From Thermoplasmata archaeon (GTDB lineage Archaea > Thermoplasmatota > Thermoplasmata > Thermoplasmatales > GCA-001856825), in the NCBI GenBank assembly GCA_021792255.1, contig JAJYUZ010000001.1, forward strand, positions 416,001-480,000: 64,000 nt of DNA, given 5' to 3'. Made by a program: the position numbers and the translations under genes. This document shows positions 1-9,787 of this stretch, piece after piece (position 1 is the first letter of the stretch; every line of letters begins with the position of its first letter). A model generated the notes under the pieces. It was not told the DNA's origin and did not search any database. It worked only from the letters and a program-made list of their open reading frames with translations.

Positions 1-1
1 T

Positions 2-664
2 TCTGGATTTCCAGAGCTAATGGAGAAAATTCAAAAGATACTGAAGGCAGGACCGAACAACTGGATCGGAGTCCAAACGGGACTGGAGACTGGAAGCGAA
101 ACGCTGGCAAAGAAGCACATGCCGAACAAGACTATGCCTCTCAAGATAGGACCGGATGGAAGCTGGGAGGAGATTGTCTGGCAGGGCGTGTACAACGAAA
201 CTAAGTACTACTGGAGATCAGCATTCACACTGCAGGTTGGACAGCCTGGTGAGACCGAGGAAGATCTGTGGGAAACGGTCGCTATGATTAACAGATTGAG
301 CAATTCTACCCTAACGGATGGTAGACCCTTCGAGTTCACAATCACTCCACTGCAAAATGTTCCAATGGGAAGAATTACTTCAAAGAAATTTGACAGCGAC
401 CTGCTTAACGAAGCTGAGCTAGGAGTTTACTATGCTTCCTATCGGCACCTCGCTAAAATGGCATCCAGAAGAAGATCAGAGGGAGAAGGTAACATGATCG
501 TCAGAGCAGGAACGGGGGCGATCGTGTCAGTAGGCGGATACCTCATGATGAAGGTAGTAGAAGATGTAGCAAGAAAGAAGGGAGTCGACATTTCAAAGGT
601 CAAGAGATATGGTCTGGAACAGAGAAGGGAGTTTTCTTCTCAGAGTTCACTTGCACATGCGTGA
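2..664 (+). CDS. C-terminal part of a radical SAM protein, probably B12-binding, GDGT ring synthase (GrsA/GrsB)-like; 5' end outside window
   Basis: Frame is open from the window edge. Segments WIGVQTGLETGS, HMPNKTMPL and AFTLQVGQPGETEED resemble archaeal class B radical SAM Grs-type enzymes; the CxxxCxxC motif is not visible in the window. Confidence 0.6.
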   Translation, partial: SGFPELMEKIQKILKAGPNNWIGVQTGLETGSETLAKKHMPNKTMPLKIGPDGSWEEIVWQGVYNETKYYWRSAFTLQVGQPGETEEDLWETVAMINRLSNSTLTDGRPFEFTITPLQNVPMGRITSKKFDSDLLNEAELGVYYASYRHLAKMASRRRSEGEGNMIVRAGTGAIVSVGGYLMMKVVEDVARKKGVDISKVKRYGLEQRREFSSQSSLAHA

Positions 665-715
665 TGCAGAATATTGTCCTCAGTGGTCAAAGAGCTTCAC
701 GATCAGGAATAAGAA

Positions 716-1804
716 TTATTCGCTCTTCGACAACGGATAGACCCTTCCTCTCCAGACCACCTTCTTGCTGAACTTTCCTGACATCAAGTTCCAGACGTAC
801 ACGAAAGGTAAAATGAATGTTAAAGAAAGAAAATACCATACTCTTACCGGGACCTTCCTTTGACTATTAAAGGAGTTGAAGAAATAGACGAAGAGGAAAA
901 CCGCGAACAGATCGTTCACCAACACTGAGAAGACGATTGCCGATAGGAGAAGATAAATTGAGGCCAAGTAGTAAACCATACCGAACAAGAAAGTCTTATT
1001 ACTGGAATAAATCGAAAATGCAGTCTGTCGATTGGACCATTCGAGGAACGTTCGAAAGTCGTCGGTGGAATATATCTTTGGTCTTGACTCGGGAACATAA
1101 GAAATTTTGAGTCCCTTTGCCTCAGCAATTCTCAAGATTGCTATGTCGTCGGAAATCGATTGAGAAAATGATTTTAAAGACTCCTCGTCTAACAATTCTT
1201 TCCTGAAAGCCATTGAACCACCCCAGACGAATTTTGTCAAGTTCGATTCCATCATAGACTGTCCTGCAAGACCCCAGAACATCTTTAACTTGCTCCAGAA
1301 GCCTCCTGCGGGATAGAATATGGGGAACGAAGTGGAGACACCTACCTTTGGGTCAGAGAGGGGACCAACCAGATTTGCAAGCCACGACCGTTCAGCCCTG
1401 ATATCGGAATCTGCAACGACATAGGAATCGTATTCAGGGTATCTCAAAATTGCAGAATATATCGCCCTCACTTTTCCACTACATTTGGTGCAGCTAGCTG
1501 TCGATTCTATGTACTCGATTCCTTCCTTCTTCAAGTAAGGTACTGACAGATCCTCGACACTGTCTACTACGGCCATCAGATCGAACGAGCTAAAGTCCTG
1601 GTTCTTCAGAGAGGCCAGGTTTTCGTCTAGTTCAAAGTCGACTCCTCTCGTAGGAACGATTACCAAAACTCTTGACTGAGGTGAGGTAGATATCTGTGAA
1701 AGGAAGCTATCCCTCTTATGATCGTTTCTGCTGAGGTACGTTAGCATGATCCCCGCAGAAAGCAAAATATTTAACGAAAATATGACCCACAAGTACAGGT
1801 ACAT
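716..1804 (-). CDS. Membrane GT2 glycosyltransferase, ceramide-glucosyltransferase/HpnI-like
   Basis: N-terminal TM helix, VIVPTRG, DSD, WGGSMAFRK, SDD and WSNRQ motifs, C-terminal TM helices ending WRGRVY. Confidence 0.8.
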   Translation of the reverse strand: MYLYLWVIFSLNILLSAGIMLTYLSRNDHKRDSFLSQISTSPQSRVLVIVPTRGVDFELDENLASLKNQDFSSFDLMAVVDSVEDLSVPYLKKEGIEYIESTASCTKCSGKVRAIYSAILRYPEYDSYVVADSDIRAERSWLANLVGPLSDPKVGVSTSFPIFYPAGGFWSKLKMFWGLAGQSMMESNLTKFVWGGSMAFRKELLDEESLKSFSQSISDDIAILRIAEAKGLKISYVPESRPKIYSTDDFRTFLEWSNRQTAFSIYSSNKTFLFGMVYYLASIYLLLSAIVFSVLVNDLFAVFLFVYFFNSFNSQRKVPVRVWYFLSLTFILPFVYVWNLMSGKFSKKVVWRGRVYPLSKSE

Positions 1805-1941
1805 TTTTGCGGGAAGTCGAGCCAGACAAATAAAGTTTCTCTGATTTTAGAAACGAATTTATCGTGCTCCACGGACCTGTAGATGGGACAATTGAATGCG
1901 ATAATGGAAATGTAGAAGTAAGATCAGGTTTTAACAGTAAT

Positions 1942-3096
1942 ATGGTAAATACACCGTATGGTGGGAAACTAAAGGTATCCTTGGACCTAAAGAATCAGGA
2001 GAAACACATTGAAGGACTAAAGGGTATGACTCAAGTCGAACCATTTACCGATTTCTTTTATGATTCCCTGAAATTGGGTGACGGTGCATACAGCCCTTTG
2101 GAGGGATTCATGAGCGAAGAAGAAGCCAACAGCGTCATGAAAAAGAAAAGTCTGCTCAACGGTCTCCCCTGGACTATACCGATTATTTTCACAATTAATG
2201 CCGATATGAGCGACGGACTCAGACCAGGAGATCAGATAGCACTTCTTGATCCGACTCACAGACCATACGGTGAGATGGAGGTTGAGACGAAATTCAAGCT
2301 AGACAAGAAGGAGATTGCAGAGTCGATCTACGGCACCAAAGAAATGAAACATCCAAACGTTCAGGACTTGTTTGAAAAATACGGCGATAAAGCTATATCT
2401 GGTAGAGTCAAAATATACAGAGATCCGGAATTACCTGGGGGAGCCTACGAAAGACATCCCTCGGAAGTGAGGGAAGAATTTACCAAAAAAGGCTGGAAAA
2501 ATGTCGTTGCCTATCAGGCCAGGAATCCACCACACGTTGCCCACGAGTACCTTCAGAAAGTGTCGCTCGAGTTCCCTGGAATAGACGGTCTGTTCGTACA
2601 CCTAGTCGTCGGAAGATTGAAGAAGGGGGACTACAAAGCAAACGTCATTCTTGACTCCTACGATGCCCTCATCAGGAATTATTACAGGATGGAGAAAACG
2701 ATGATGGGTTCGCTTTCAATCACGATGAGGTACGCTGGACCGAGGGCTTCGATTTTCTTGGCGATAATCAGAAGGAATTATGGGGCGACTCATTACATTA
2801 TTGGGAGAGACCAGGCGGGCGTTGGTAATTACTACGACCCGTACGCTGCTCAAAGAATATTTGACGAACTTGACGTGGGGATGATTCCGCTAAAATTCAA
2901 GGACACTTTCTATTGTAAGAGGTGCATGGGAATCACTTCTGAAAGCGTTTGTCCGCACGCCATTGGGGACAGGATGATTATAAGCCAGACAAATATAAGA
3001 GAGATGCTGAGAACTGGCCAAGAAATCCCTACCGAAATTCTGAGGCCAGAGATTGCGAGAATACTCAAGAAAGGGGACGTCATCAACGAAGGGTAG
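1942..3096 (+). CDS. sat: Sulfate adenylyltransferase (ATP sulfurylase)
   Basis: PYGGKL start, YSPLEGFM, QARNPPHVAH, MRYAGPR, GRDQAG, YCKRC...CPH zinc site. Probable start ATG 1942; ORF track starts at 1864. Confidence 0.95.
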   Translation: MVNTPYGGKLKVSLDLKNQEKHIEGLKGMTQVEPFTDFFYDSLKLGDGAYSPLEGFMSEEEANSVMKKKSLLNGLPWTIPIIFTINADMSDGLRPGDQIALLDPTHRPYGEMEVETKFKLDKKEIAESIYGTKEMKHPNVQDLFEKYGDKAISGRVKIYRDPELPGGAYERHPSEVREEFTKKGWKNVVAYQARNPPHVAHEYLQKVSLEFPGIDGLFVHLVVGRLKKGDYKANVILDSYDALIRNYYRMEKTMMGSLSITMRYAGPRASIFLAIIRRNYGATHYIIGRDQAGVGNYYDPYAAQRIFDELDVGMIPLKFKDTFYCKRCMGITSESVCPHAIGDRMIISQTNIREMLRTGQEIPTEILRPEIARILKKGDVINEG

Positions 3097-3203
3097 GAAA
3101 TAAGGCGGCCAGGAAGTGTGAAATAATTCCTGCATTCATTCCTGGTTGAGTTTCTTGAATGAGAGTCGGAAATGTTTATGTTTTGAAAGAAATAACCATT
3201 GCT

Positions 3204-3277
3204 GGGCCCGTAGCTTAGACAGGTAGAGCGACCGGCTCTTAACCAGTAGGTCAGGGGTTCAAATCCCCTCGGGCCCG
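3204..3277 (+). tRNA. tRNA-Lys (anticodon CTT)
   Basis: Cloverleaf: GGGCCCG acceptor stem, anticodon loop CT-CTT-AA, GGTTCAAATCC T-arm; no encoded CCA. Confidence 0.95.
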
Positions 3278-3551
3278 TGTTTCATTTCGTGGTTCCCCTT
3301 TCCCCTGCCTCAGTCTTGCAAAAACTGACTTCCTCACACGAATAAATTCCGTGGGGTTCCCGATTCAAAGAGTTGCAACTCGTAAGGATAGTACATATCT
3401 TCCAACACCCGCGTTCCTGCCCCCTTGTTGCTACTCAGCCAATCCTTAGCATCTATGAAATAGACTCTTCTTGCGTTCATCTAGAATTTTAATAATTAAA
3501 TTTTTACAATCGTCACTCACTTATCGAACTTCTTGTCCTGAGCACTTTTTG

Positions 3552-3878
3552 TCACAATGAGTTGGTTCTTAATATCTGGTGCACTAGGTCTACATACCGT
3601 GGATTGATAAAATAATAACTAAATTTCCACTCCTCTCGCCTCTTTAGTAGGCCTACCTCGTACATCTTTAGAAGGTGAGCTGTAACGGTTGGTTGGGGCA
3701 GCCCGAGGGCCGGTTGGAGTTCACACGAACAAACGCTATTGTATTTTGAGATAATCTCTAGTATGGCTATCCTGCCTTTGTTTCCCAACACCCCTAATAT
3801 CTTTGAAAAATCCTCATATTTCTCTGAGTCGACTTCATCTATCTTTCTTATACTGCAGTACTCTGCCTCATCTTTCAT
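3552..3878 (-). CDS. arsR: ArsR/SmtB family transcriptional repressor
   Basis: LGNKGRIAIL, VCSCEL metal-binding box, QPTVTAHL HTH; overlaps the acr3 stop. Confidence 0.9.
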   Translation of the reverse strand: MKDEAEYCSIRKIDEVDSEKYEDFSKILGVLGNKGRIAILEIISKYNSVCSCELQPALGLPQPTVTAHLLKMYEVGLLKRREEWKFSYYFINPRYVDLVHQILRTNSL

Positions 3879-4936
3879 TTACTTATCTCCATTGAACTTA
3901 ACTTCTTCACCGTATTTATTCTCTGTTCCCTCCCGAGCTGAACCCATACTAGGAAGAGCATCAAGGGAATCTCCAGTAGGGGCCCAATGGCGGTGGTTAT
4001 TGCAACGTAGGGATAGATCGCAAATGCCGCTATCGCAATAGCAATGCTCACCTCAAAGTCTCTGGCAGATACTGTAAACCCTACCGCAGTCGAGTCGGGA
4101 TAATTATGCCCAAGCTTCCTTGAAGCGAGATAACCTGTCTGAAAGAGTAAAAAATAGAAGATGAGCATCACTATGCCCACCATCCAGACTAACGATGGTG
4201 TATCAATTATTCCGTAGCCCTCTCCCCAGAATATGACTAGTATTGTGAACAGCAGCGCTAATGTCTGCACTGATCCCAATTTGTTTAGCACCCGAGAGAA
4301 ATAGGCTTTTCGGCGCAGCAATCTTCTGGTTGTTATTCCCGCAATCAAGGGTAAGACGAGGTATAGTAGTACACTCTCCAGAATTAGTGCAGGACTTACA
4401 ATTACCGATGTGCGTGCAAGGAGGTATACCAAGAAAGGGGTAGTTATGACCTGAATTATTGAGTTCCACGCAACAAAAGACACTCCCAGTGGAAGATTAC
4501 CGTGAGCAAGATCAGTCCAAACCATTACCATCGCAATACAAGGAGCCACCCCAAGCAGAATTATTCCAACAAGCATCTGAGATGCAATGTTAGAACTTAT
4601 TAGATTCAAAGGCCTGTAGACTTCATAGACGAAAAAGTAAGCAATACCCGCCACCAGAAACGGAGCTATAGCATAATTGAGCATGACCATAAGTCCCACT
4701 GTTTTAACGTTCCTGAGACTCTTTCCCAGCTCATTCAACCGGACCTTGGTCATTGCTGGATATATCATGAAGAAAAGACCAACTGGAATCCCGTATGTGG
4801 CCACAATTGAGCCGCCCGCTTTAATCTTTAGTCCTAGAGCGAGCCCTGCGACAATGGCGATAACAACGAAGACGGGAAACAATATGGTTTTGATACCAAT
4901 TTTCCTACGAATGTTATTAACTGCCATGGAAGTCAA
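3875..4936 (-). CDS. acr3: Acr3 family arsenite efflux transporter
   Basis: MIYPAM, APCIAMVMVW, RDFEVSIAIA and GPLLEIP signatures; about 10 TM helices. Confidence 0.92.
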   Translation of the reverse strand: MTSMAVNNIRRKIGIKTILFPVFVVIAIVAGLALGLKIKAGGSIVATYGIPVGLFFMIYPAMTKVRLNELGKSLRNVKTVGLMVMLNYAIAPFLVAGIAYFFVYEVYRPLNLISSNIASQMLVGIILLGVAPCIAMVMVWTDLAHGNLPLGVSFVAWNSIIQVITTPFLVYLLARTSVIVSPALILESVLLYLVLPLIAGITTRRLLRRKAYFSRVLNKLGSVQTLALLFTILVIFWGEGYGIIDTPSLVWMVGIVMLIFYFLLFQTGYLASRKLGHNYPDSTAVGFTVSARDFEVSIAIAIAAFAIYPYVAITTAIGPLLEIPLMLFLVWVQLGREQRINTVKKLSSMEISK

Positions 4937-5445
4937 TTAGACTTGATTACTTTTATAAATTCTGGCATAAATTCACTCAGGTCAAAGTGCGTTCTCGCAG
5001 TGATGATAGTTTCGGATGACCTTATCACTGGCGAATCTACGAATATCGCACCTGCATTTTCAACCTCCGATCTAATGGTAGGATGACCTGTAACCCTCAT
5101 CCCTTTTAGGAGTCCCGCCTCGGCCAAAAGGAGAGGAGAGTGACATATTGTTGCAAAAAAAGTACCCTCATCTGACATCTTCCTGACAATATCTACGGTT
5201 CTATGATTCCGCAGCAGGTTCTCAGGGGATTTAGCACCCGGGAAAAACACGAAATCGTACCTTAATGGAATATCTGAAAGCAGTCGTGTTGGGGTTATCT
5301 GATCGATTCCAAATTGCCCTTTGTATGGTCTATTTTGCCATGCGAGAATGTCGAAATCAATTTTCTCCTCTCGCAACCTGTAATAGGGAACCCAAAGTTC
5401 TAGATCATGGAAGCCTTCATCGAGCATTATTGCGACCTTTTTCAT
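4933..5445 (-). CDS. PfpI/DJ-1 family protein (C56 protease/deglycase)
   Basis: GFHDLEL, FFPGA, TICHSP nucleophile elbow, VTGHP. Confidence 0.9.
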   Translation of the reverse strand: MKKVAIMLDEGFHDLELWVPYYRLREEKIDFDILAWQNRPYKGQFGIDQITPTRLLSDIPLRYDFVFFPGAKSPENLLRNHRTVDIVRKMSDEGTFFATICHSPLLLAEAGLLKGMRVTGHPTIRSEVENAGAIFVDSPVIRSSETIITARTHFDLSEFMPEFIKVIKSN

Positions 5446-5454
5446 GGCTTCGAA

Positions 5455-5489
5455 TTATAATATCGTATTAAAACATTATGATATGATAA
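5455..5489. promoter_or_regulatory. Imperfect inverted repeat, candidate ArsR operator
   Basis: TTATAATATCGTA-N9-TATGATATGATAA (11/13 complementary), 10 bp upstream of the pfpI-acr3-arsR operon start. Confidence 0.55.
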
Positions 5490-5639
5490 ATATGAAATAT
5501 ACCACCCAGAAAACAAGTTATCTCTGTGTTTGCGTGGTTATCGGCTATGTACTTATGAACAACTGCGATCTCAAACTGCCCCAGTTATCAGGAGCGTCAG
5601 ACTTACATTGACCCGGATGTTTTGACGAATGATTGTCTA

Positions 5640-5980
5640 TGAGATGTCATCTTCTTTTTACTCTTGCAGTTTCTTCTATGCTCCGACCTCGTATTAGAGC
5701 TCTTCGTACAGTCCTCGAGGTGTTGTCGGTATTCCTTTATAAATCTCCTTAGTCCTCAAGTCCTTCTCTGTCAGCTTTGATACTCCGATTTTGAACCGTT
5801 TTTCGTATTGCCCTGTCGAGCGCTCTTTGTTTAGAAGATTCTGAAAGAAAGGTTTAAGCTCCTCATATTTTGGAGCGTACTTTATTGGTGTAAGAATCGA
5901 TCCGACTTCATCGTTTATTCTCCTTTCTATACACTTTAACTGCACTGCCTGTCTACTTTGTCGTTAATGAAGGTCCCAGT
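5640..5980 (-). pseudogene. Degraded C-terminal fragment of a GTP-dependent PEP carboxykinase
   Basis: LTPIKYAPKYEELKPFF...SKLTEKDLRTKEIYKGIPTTP aligns by eye with LTPIGYIPKYEDLRPLF...SKLIEKDLRIREVYRGLTTTP of the intact gene at 40543-42453. Frameshift near 5947 (FINDKVD in another frame) and in-frame stops. Confidence 0.85.
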
Positions 5981-6067
5981 TCTGATATTATACCGATTTA
6001 TATCTAAACTGGAGGATAATACTACTGTCAATAATAAAATTCAAAAGCTCAGAGTCATTACAATTCA

Positions 6068-8422
6068 ATGGTTAGAAGGAAGGGAACAGCGAAGTTCAAT
6101 CTGTTTAAAGACATATTCGGATTAGAGATTGCCAACGAGTCACTTTCTTTTACCCTACGTAGAGACAAGTTAGAGAGTAAGTATTCGAATAAGAGTCAGC
6201 CTTCAAGTGTAGCACAGAGACTAAGATTAAATGGACTTACAATTGATTCCAACAGAGTGATTTTTGACTTTGGCCCTAGCACGCTTGAGTTTGCTTCAGT
6301 CTCAGACAGGTTGTTCCATTTTACTTGGTTAAGTAAAGGAACGACGCTTCCAAAATTCAGAGAAGACCTGACTCAAGTCAGAGATGGGAAGCTAGAAGAT
6401 TTCAATTTGTCGTATAAGAATGACGTAGTTTCTATTGAAATGGGGAATGTAAATATTAGCGTCGATAGAAAAGGATCGATAGAGTACAGGTACAGGGGAG
6501 ATGTCTTAAGGAACGATTTACCTCCATTGATCTCGTCTAGAGTCGTGCACAAGTCGAAGGTTCGAACCAAGAGCAAGTTTTTTGGGACTGGGGAGAGAGC
6601 TCTTCCATTCGATCTGAGGGGAAACAAAGTGATCCTCTGGAATCACGACGCTAACGGAAGCTATGGTCCTGGAGTTGATCCTCTTTATATTTCCATCCCT
6701 ACGATCGTTGACATAGATTCCACGGTTGGTTACGGCATAGAATACATGAATCCTAGCAGAGGTGCAATAGATCTTTGCAAATCCAAGAAGGATCTCTTGG
6801 TCGCTGAGTTTGATTCTGCGGGACTGGAGTATTATGTTGCATTTGGAAATATGGAGGAAATACTGGAAGAATTTGCAAAAGTCACGGGATTTCCGATGCT
6901 TCCTCCTAGATGGTCCTTAGGGTTCCATCAATCCAAGTACAGCTACATGAGTCAACAGCAAGTAGAGGAGATCGCTGATAATTTCCAGAAGCTACACCTT
7001 CCTCTGTCTGCCATACATATGGATATTGACTATATGGACGGATTCAGAGTGTTTACTCTAAACAAGAACACATTTCCTGACCTTAAGAGACTTTCTCATA
7101 GTTTTAAGACAAGAGGAATAAACTTGGTACCAATACTTGATCCAGCAGTAAAGTGGGATGAAAAATACTCAGTTTTCAATGAGATGATATCGAACCGAAA
7201 CTACGTAAAAGACCCGGAAGGAAAGGCGATAGGAGCTCCGGTCTGGGCAGGAAAATCTGTCTTTCCAGACTTTTCATCCGATAACACACAGAAGTGGTGG
7301 TCTTCTCTTTACTCTTTCTTTGCGACATATGAGATCAATGGGGTCTGGCATGACATGAACGAACCAGCGGTTTTCTCTCTTTGGGGGGATAACAGTCTTC
7401 CGCAACACGCAATTCACGAAAAGGGAACCCACACCGAAATTCACAACATATATGCCCTGTACATGGCCAAGGCCGGATATGAGGGAATGACAAATAGTGT
7501 TAATGAACAAAGACCATTCTTTCTGTCGAGATCTGGATGGGCAGGCATTCAAAGATACTCGTTTGTATGGACGGGGGACACTGAGAGCACCTGGGCGGAA
7601 CTCAGACAAACTGTTCCCACTATACTTAACCTCAGCCTATCGGGAATTCCCTACACTGGGGTAGACATTGGTGGGTTTAGTGGCACTCCTTCCAGAAGTC
7701 TTTTCATAAGGTGGTTCCAACTCGGTTCATTCTTGCCACTTTTTAGAACTCATTCAGCTAGGGGAAACGGAGAAAGAGAGCCCTGGGCGTACGGAGAGGA
7801 TGTGCTAGAGATAATCAGAAAATTTCTCGAGATTAGGTACTCACTCCTACCGTACTGGTTTTCTGTGGCGTACGAAAGTCACAAAACAGGACATCCGATT
7901 ATAAGACCCGTCTCTTATCTCTATCCAGAGATTTTTGACGAACACTCGTTTATGGTTGGAGATTCGGTCTTGGTGTACCCAGTGCTTGAAGAATCTGTTG
8001 CCAAAATGACGCTAAATCTTCCTCCCGGAAGGTGGTACTCCCTTTGGGATTCTAGCGTAAGTGAGGGAGAAGTCACACTGCTGACGGATGAAAAGTCCTT
8101 TCCCGTTTTTATAAGGGAGGGAAGTGTGATTCCGAGGGAGGATGGAAAGCTACACTTTGACATCTATCCCGCTGGTAACCTCAAGTTTACTTTCTATGAG
8201 GACGATGACAGATTGCGCCCCAACTTCAAGATTATCAAATTTACTGGGAAAACAGAGGGGAACATTTTCGTGCTCGAATACGCAACTGAGGGTGACCTCC
8301 AGAACAGTGAAGAGATATCCCTCGAATTGAAAAATATGGACTACGTCTTCAAGGAGACAAAAAGCAGCAGACTAACTGTATCAAGACGGAGAGGAACCGT
8401 CGAAATCGTCCCAAAGAAATGA
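6068..8422 (+). CDS. GH31 alpha-glucosidase
   Basis: HMDIDYMD, WHDMNEP nucleophile, WTGD acid/base, GVDIGGF, FRTHS. Confidence 0.93.
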   Translation: MVRRKGTAKFNLFKDIFGLEIANESLSFTLRRDKLESKYSNKSQPSSVAQRLRLNGLTIDSNRVIFDFGPSTLEFASVSDRLFHFTWLSKGTTLPKFREDLTQVRDGKLEDFNLSYKNDVVSIEMGNVNISVDRKGSIEYRYRGDVLRNDLPPLISSRVVHKSKVRTKSKFFGTGERALPFDLRGNKVILWNHDANGSYGPGVDPLYISIPTIVDIDSTVGYGIEYMNPSRGAIDLCKSKKDLLVAEFDSAGLEYYVAFGNMEEILEEFAKVTGFPMLPPRWSLGFHQSKYSYMSQQQVEEIADNFQKLHLPLSAIHMDIDYMDGFRVFTLNKNTFPDLKRLSHSFKTRGINLVPILDPAVKWDEKYSVFNEMISNRNYVKDPEGKAIGAPVWAGKSVFPDFSSDNTQKWWSSLYSFFATYEINGVWHDMNEPAVFSLWGDNSLPQHAIHEKGTHTEIHNIYALYMAKAGYEGMTNSVNEQRPFFLSRSGWAGIQRYSFVWTGDTESTWAELRQTVPTILNLSLSGIPYTGVDIGGFSGTPSRSLFIRWFQLGSFLPLFRTHSARGNGEREPWAYGEDVLEIIRKFLEIRYSLLPYWFSVAYESHKTGHPIIRPVSYLYPEIFDEHSFMVGDSVLVYPVLEESVAKMTLNLPPGRWYSLWDSSVSEGEVTLLTDEKSFPVFIREGSVIPREDGKLHFDIYPAGNLKFTFYEDDDRLRPNFKIIKFTGKTEGNIFVLEYATEGDLQNSEEISLELKNMDYVFKETKSSRLTVSRRRGTVEIVPKK

Positions 8423-8504
8423 GGGAGCAAATTCATAGAGGATTCACAGTTTTTGTCTCCATTTCTGAACAAATCTAGTGAGTGACTTTAATTTAGAAAC
8501 TCGA

Positions 8505-9611
8505 TCAACTGTTTGTCTTTTGGGCAACCTTCTTTAGGGCCGAAGGAGAGGCAGACTGTTTATTCTTCACTTTCTTTCTTTTTTGCACCCTCTTTGTATC
8601 TATCTCCAGGATAAGTTCTGACATTCTTACGTCTTCAAGCCTCGCCGTCTTACCTCCGACCGAGTAGGTCCTCCCTCTGGAATTGATGAAGAACGTGTGT
8701 CTCAGACCCATCACTATTTCAGCGGCAGGGATTTCTCCCTTTAACACTACCTCTTTATCTCTCAGCATTCCCTTAACCTCTCCCCTGAAACTGTGTTCTA
8801 TTTTGTTGATAGAATTAATCGCTTCACAGGCAAACCACGCGGATGAAAAGACCCATTTCTTCCTTGATTCGAAGTCCGCGACATACTCTCCCGGCAACCA
8901 TATCGTATGGTAATAATAGTAGCTGAGAACGTGAATCATCTCGTCCTCACCGAAGTAGAGTGCGTAATGATTATCGATTCCTATCCCGTCGACGTTAAGA
9001 ACTCCAGTTGATCTATCTACTATCAGGACCTCAGACGCAGATCCAGGACGCCTCCGAATGATCATTTCTGTCCTAAGTGATTCAAGTGATTCATCGTCTG
9101 TATCTGGATAAACCACTAGACCGATCGTAATCCCCCTTCTCGCTGCTTCGATTAGGTATTTTTTTACATATCTGAAAGTGGGGTTAGTCACAGAAATTAA
9201 AATTTCAGTTTTAGCTCCGTTGATCATTGACTTCACGCTTTCATTTATGTATTGTTTCTTGTTCATTAGCCAAAGGGCGGGTATTGCACTCTTCCCGCTC
9301 ACCTTTCGGGCCTTGACGAAATCAGAGATCTCTTTCTTGAAGACCTGTAGGCTTTCTATGTTTCGGTCCAAGACTGTTTCAACAGGAAGGGCTCTGTAAG
9401 TCCGTTTTTGAGCCATGCTTCCCTCTATGTAACCTTTGTCTGTTAGTGTCTGGAACACGTCATATACCCTAGGTTGAGGAACCCCAGAAATCTTGGCTGC
9501 TTCTGTCGAAGTGAGCGGACCATTGATGACCAGACTTCTATATATTTTGATTTCGTACTGTGAGAGGCCAAGTTTTTCTAAACCGGCAAAAATTTCCTCT
9601 TCCTGCGGCAT
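8505..9611 (-). CDS. trmB: TrmB family sugar-sensing transcriptional regulator
   Basis: LGLSQYEIKIY...SGVPQPRVYDVFQTL HTH; C-terminal sugar-binding VGGKTARLED. Probable start ATG 9611, not 9923. Confidence 0.9.
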   Translation of the reverse strand: MPQEEEIFAGLEKLGLSQYEIKIYRSLVINGPLTSTEAAKISGVPQPRVYDVFQTLTDKGYIEGSMAQKRTYRALPVETVLDRNIESLQVFKKEISDFVKARKVSGKSAIPALWLMNKKQYINESVKSMINGAKTEILISVTNPTFRYVKKYLIEAARRGITIGLVVYPDTDDESLESLRTEMIIRRRPGSASEVLIVDRSTGVLNVDGIGIDNHYALYFGEDEMIHVLSYYYYHTIWLPGEYVADFESRKKWVFSSAWFACEAINSINKIEHSFRGEVKGMLRDKEVVLKGEIPAAEIVMGLRHTFFINSRGRTYSVGGKTARLEDVRMSELILEIDTKRVQKRKKVKNKQSASPSALKKVAQKTNS

Positions 9612-9787
9612 GAATTTATCCTCATTTGCCGAAGAATATCCTACCTCATCAATATTCCCCTCCCTTTCCCAAAATAATGTTTTTTTACCCGGAGATATAG
9701 TATGGTAAATCGATTTGATACTTTTGGCAGTAGTAGAGTTGTAGAAGGTCTGCAAAGTATAATATCTGTCAAATCTATACTTGGTGT

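Noticed and set aside
5560-5640. Possible IS terminal repeats (AACTGCCCCAGTT, TGACCCGGATGTTT)
   Set aside because: No partner repeat, target duplication or transposase found.
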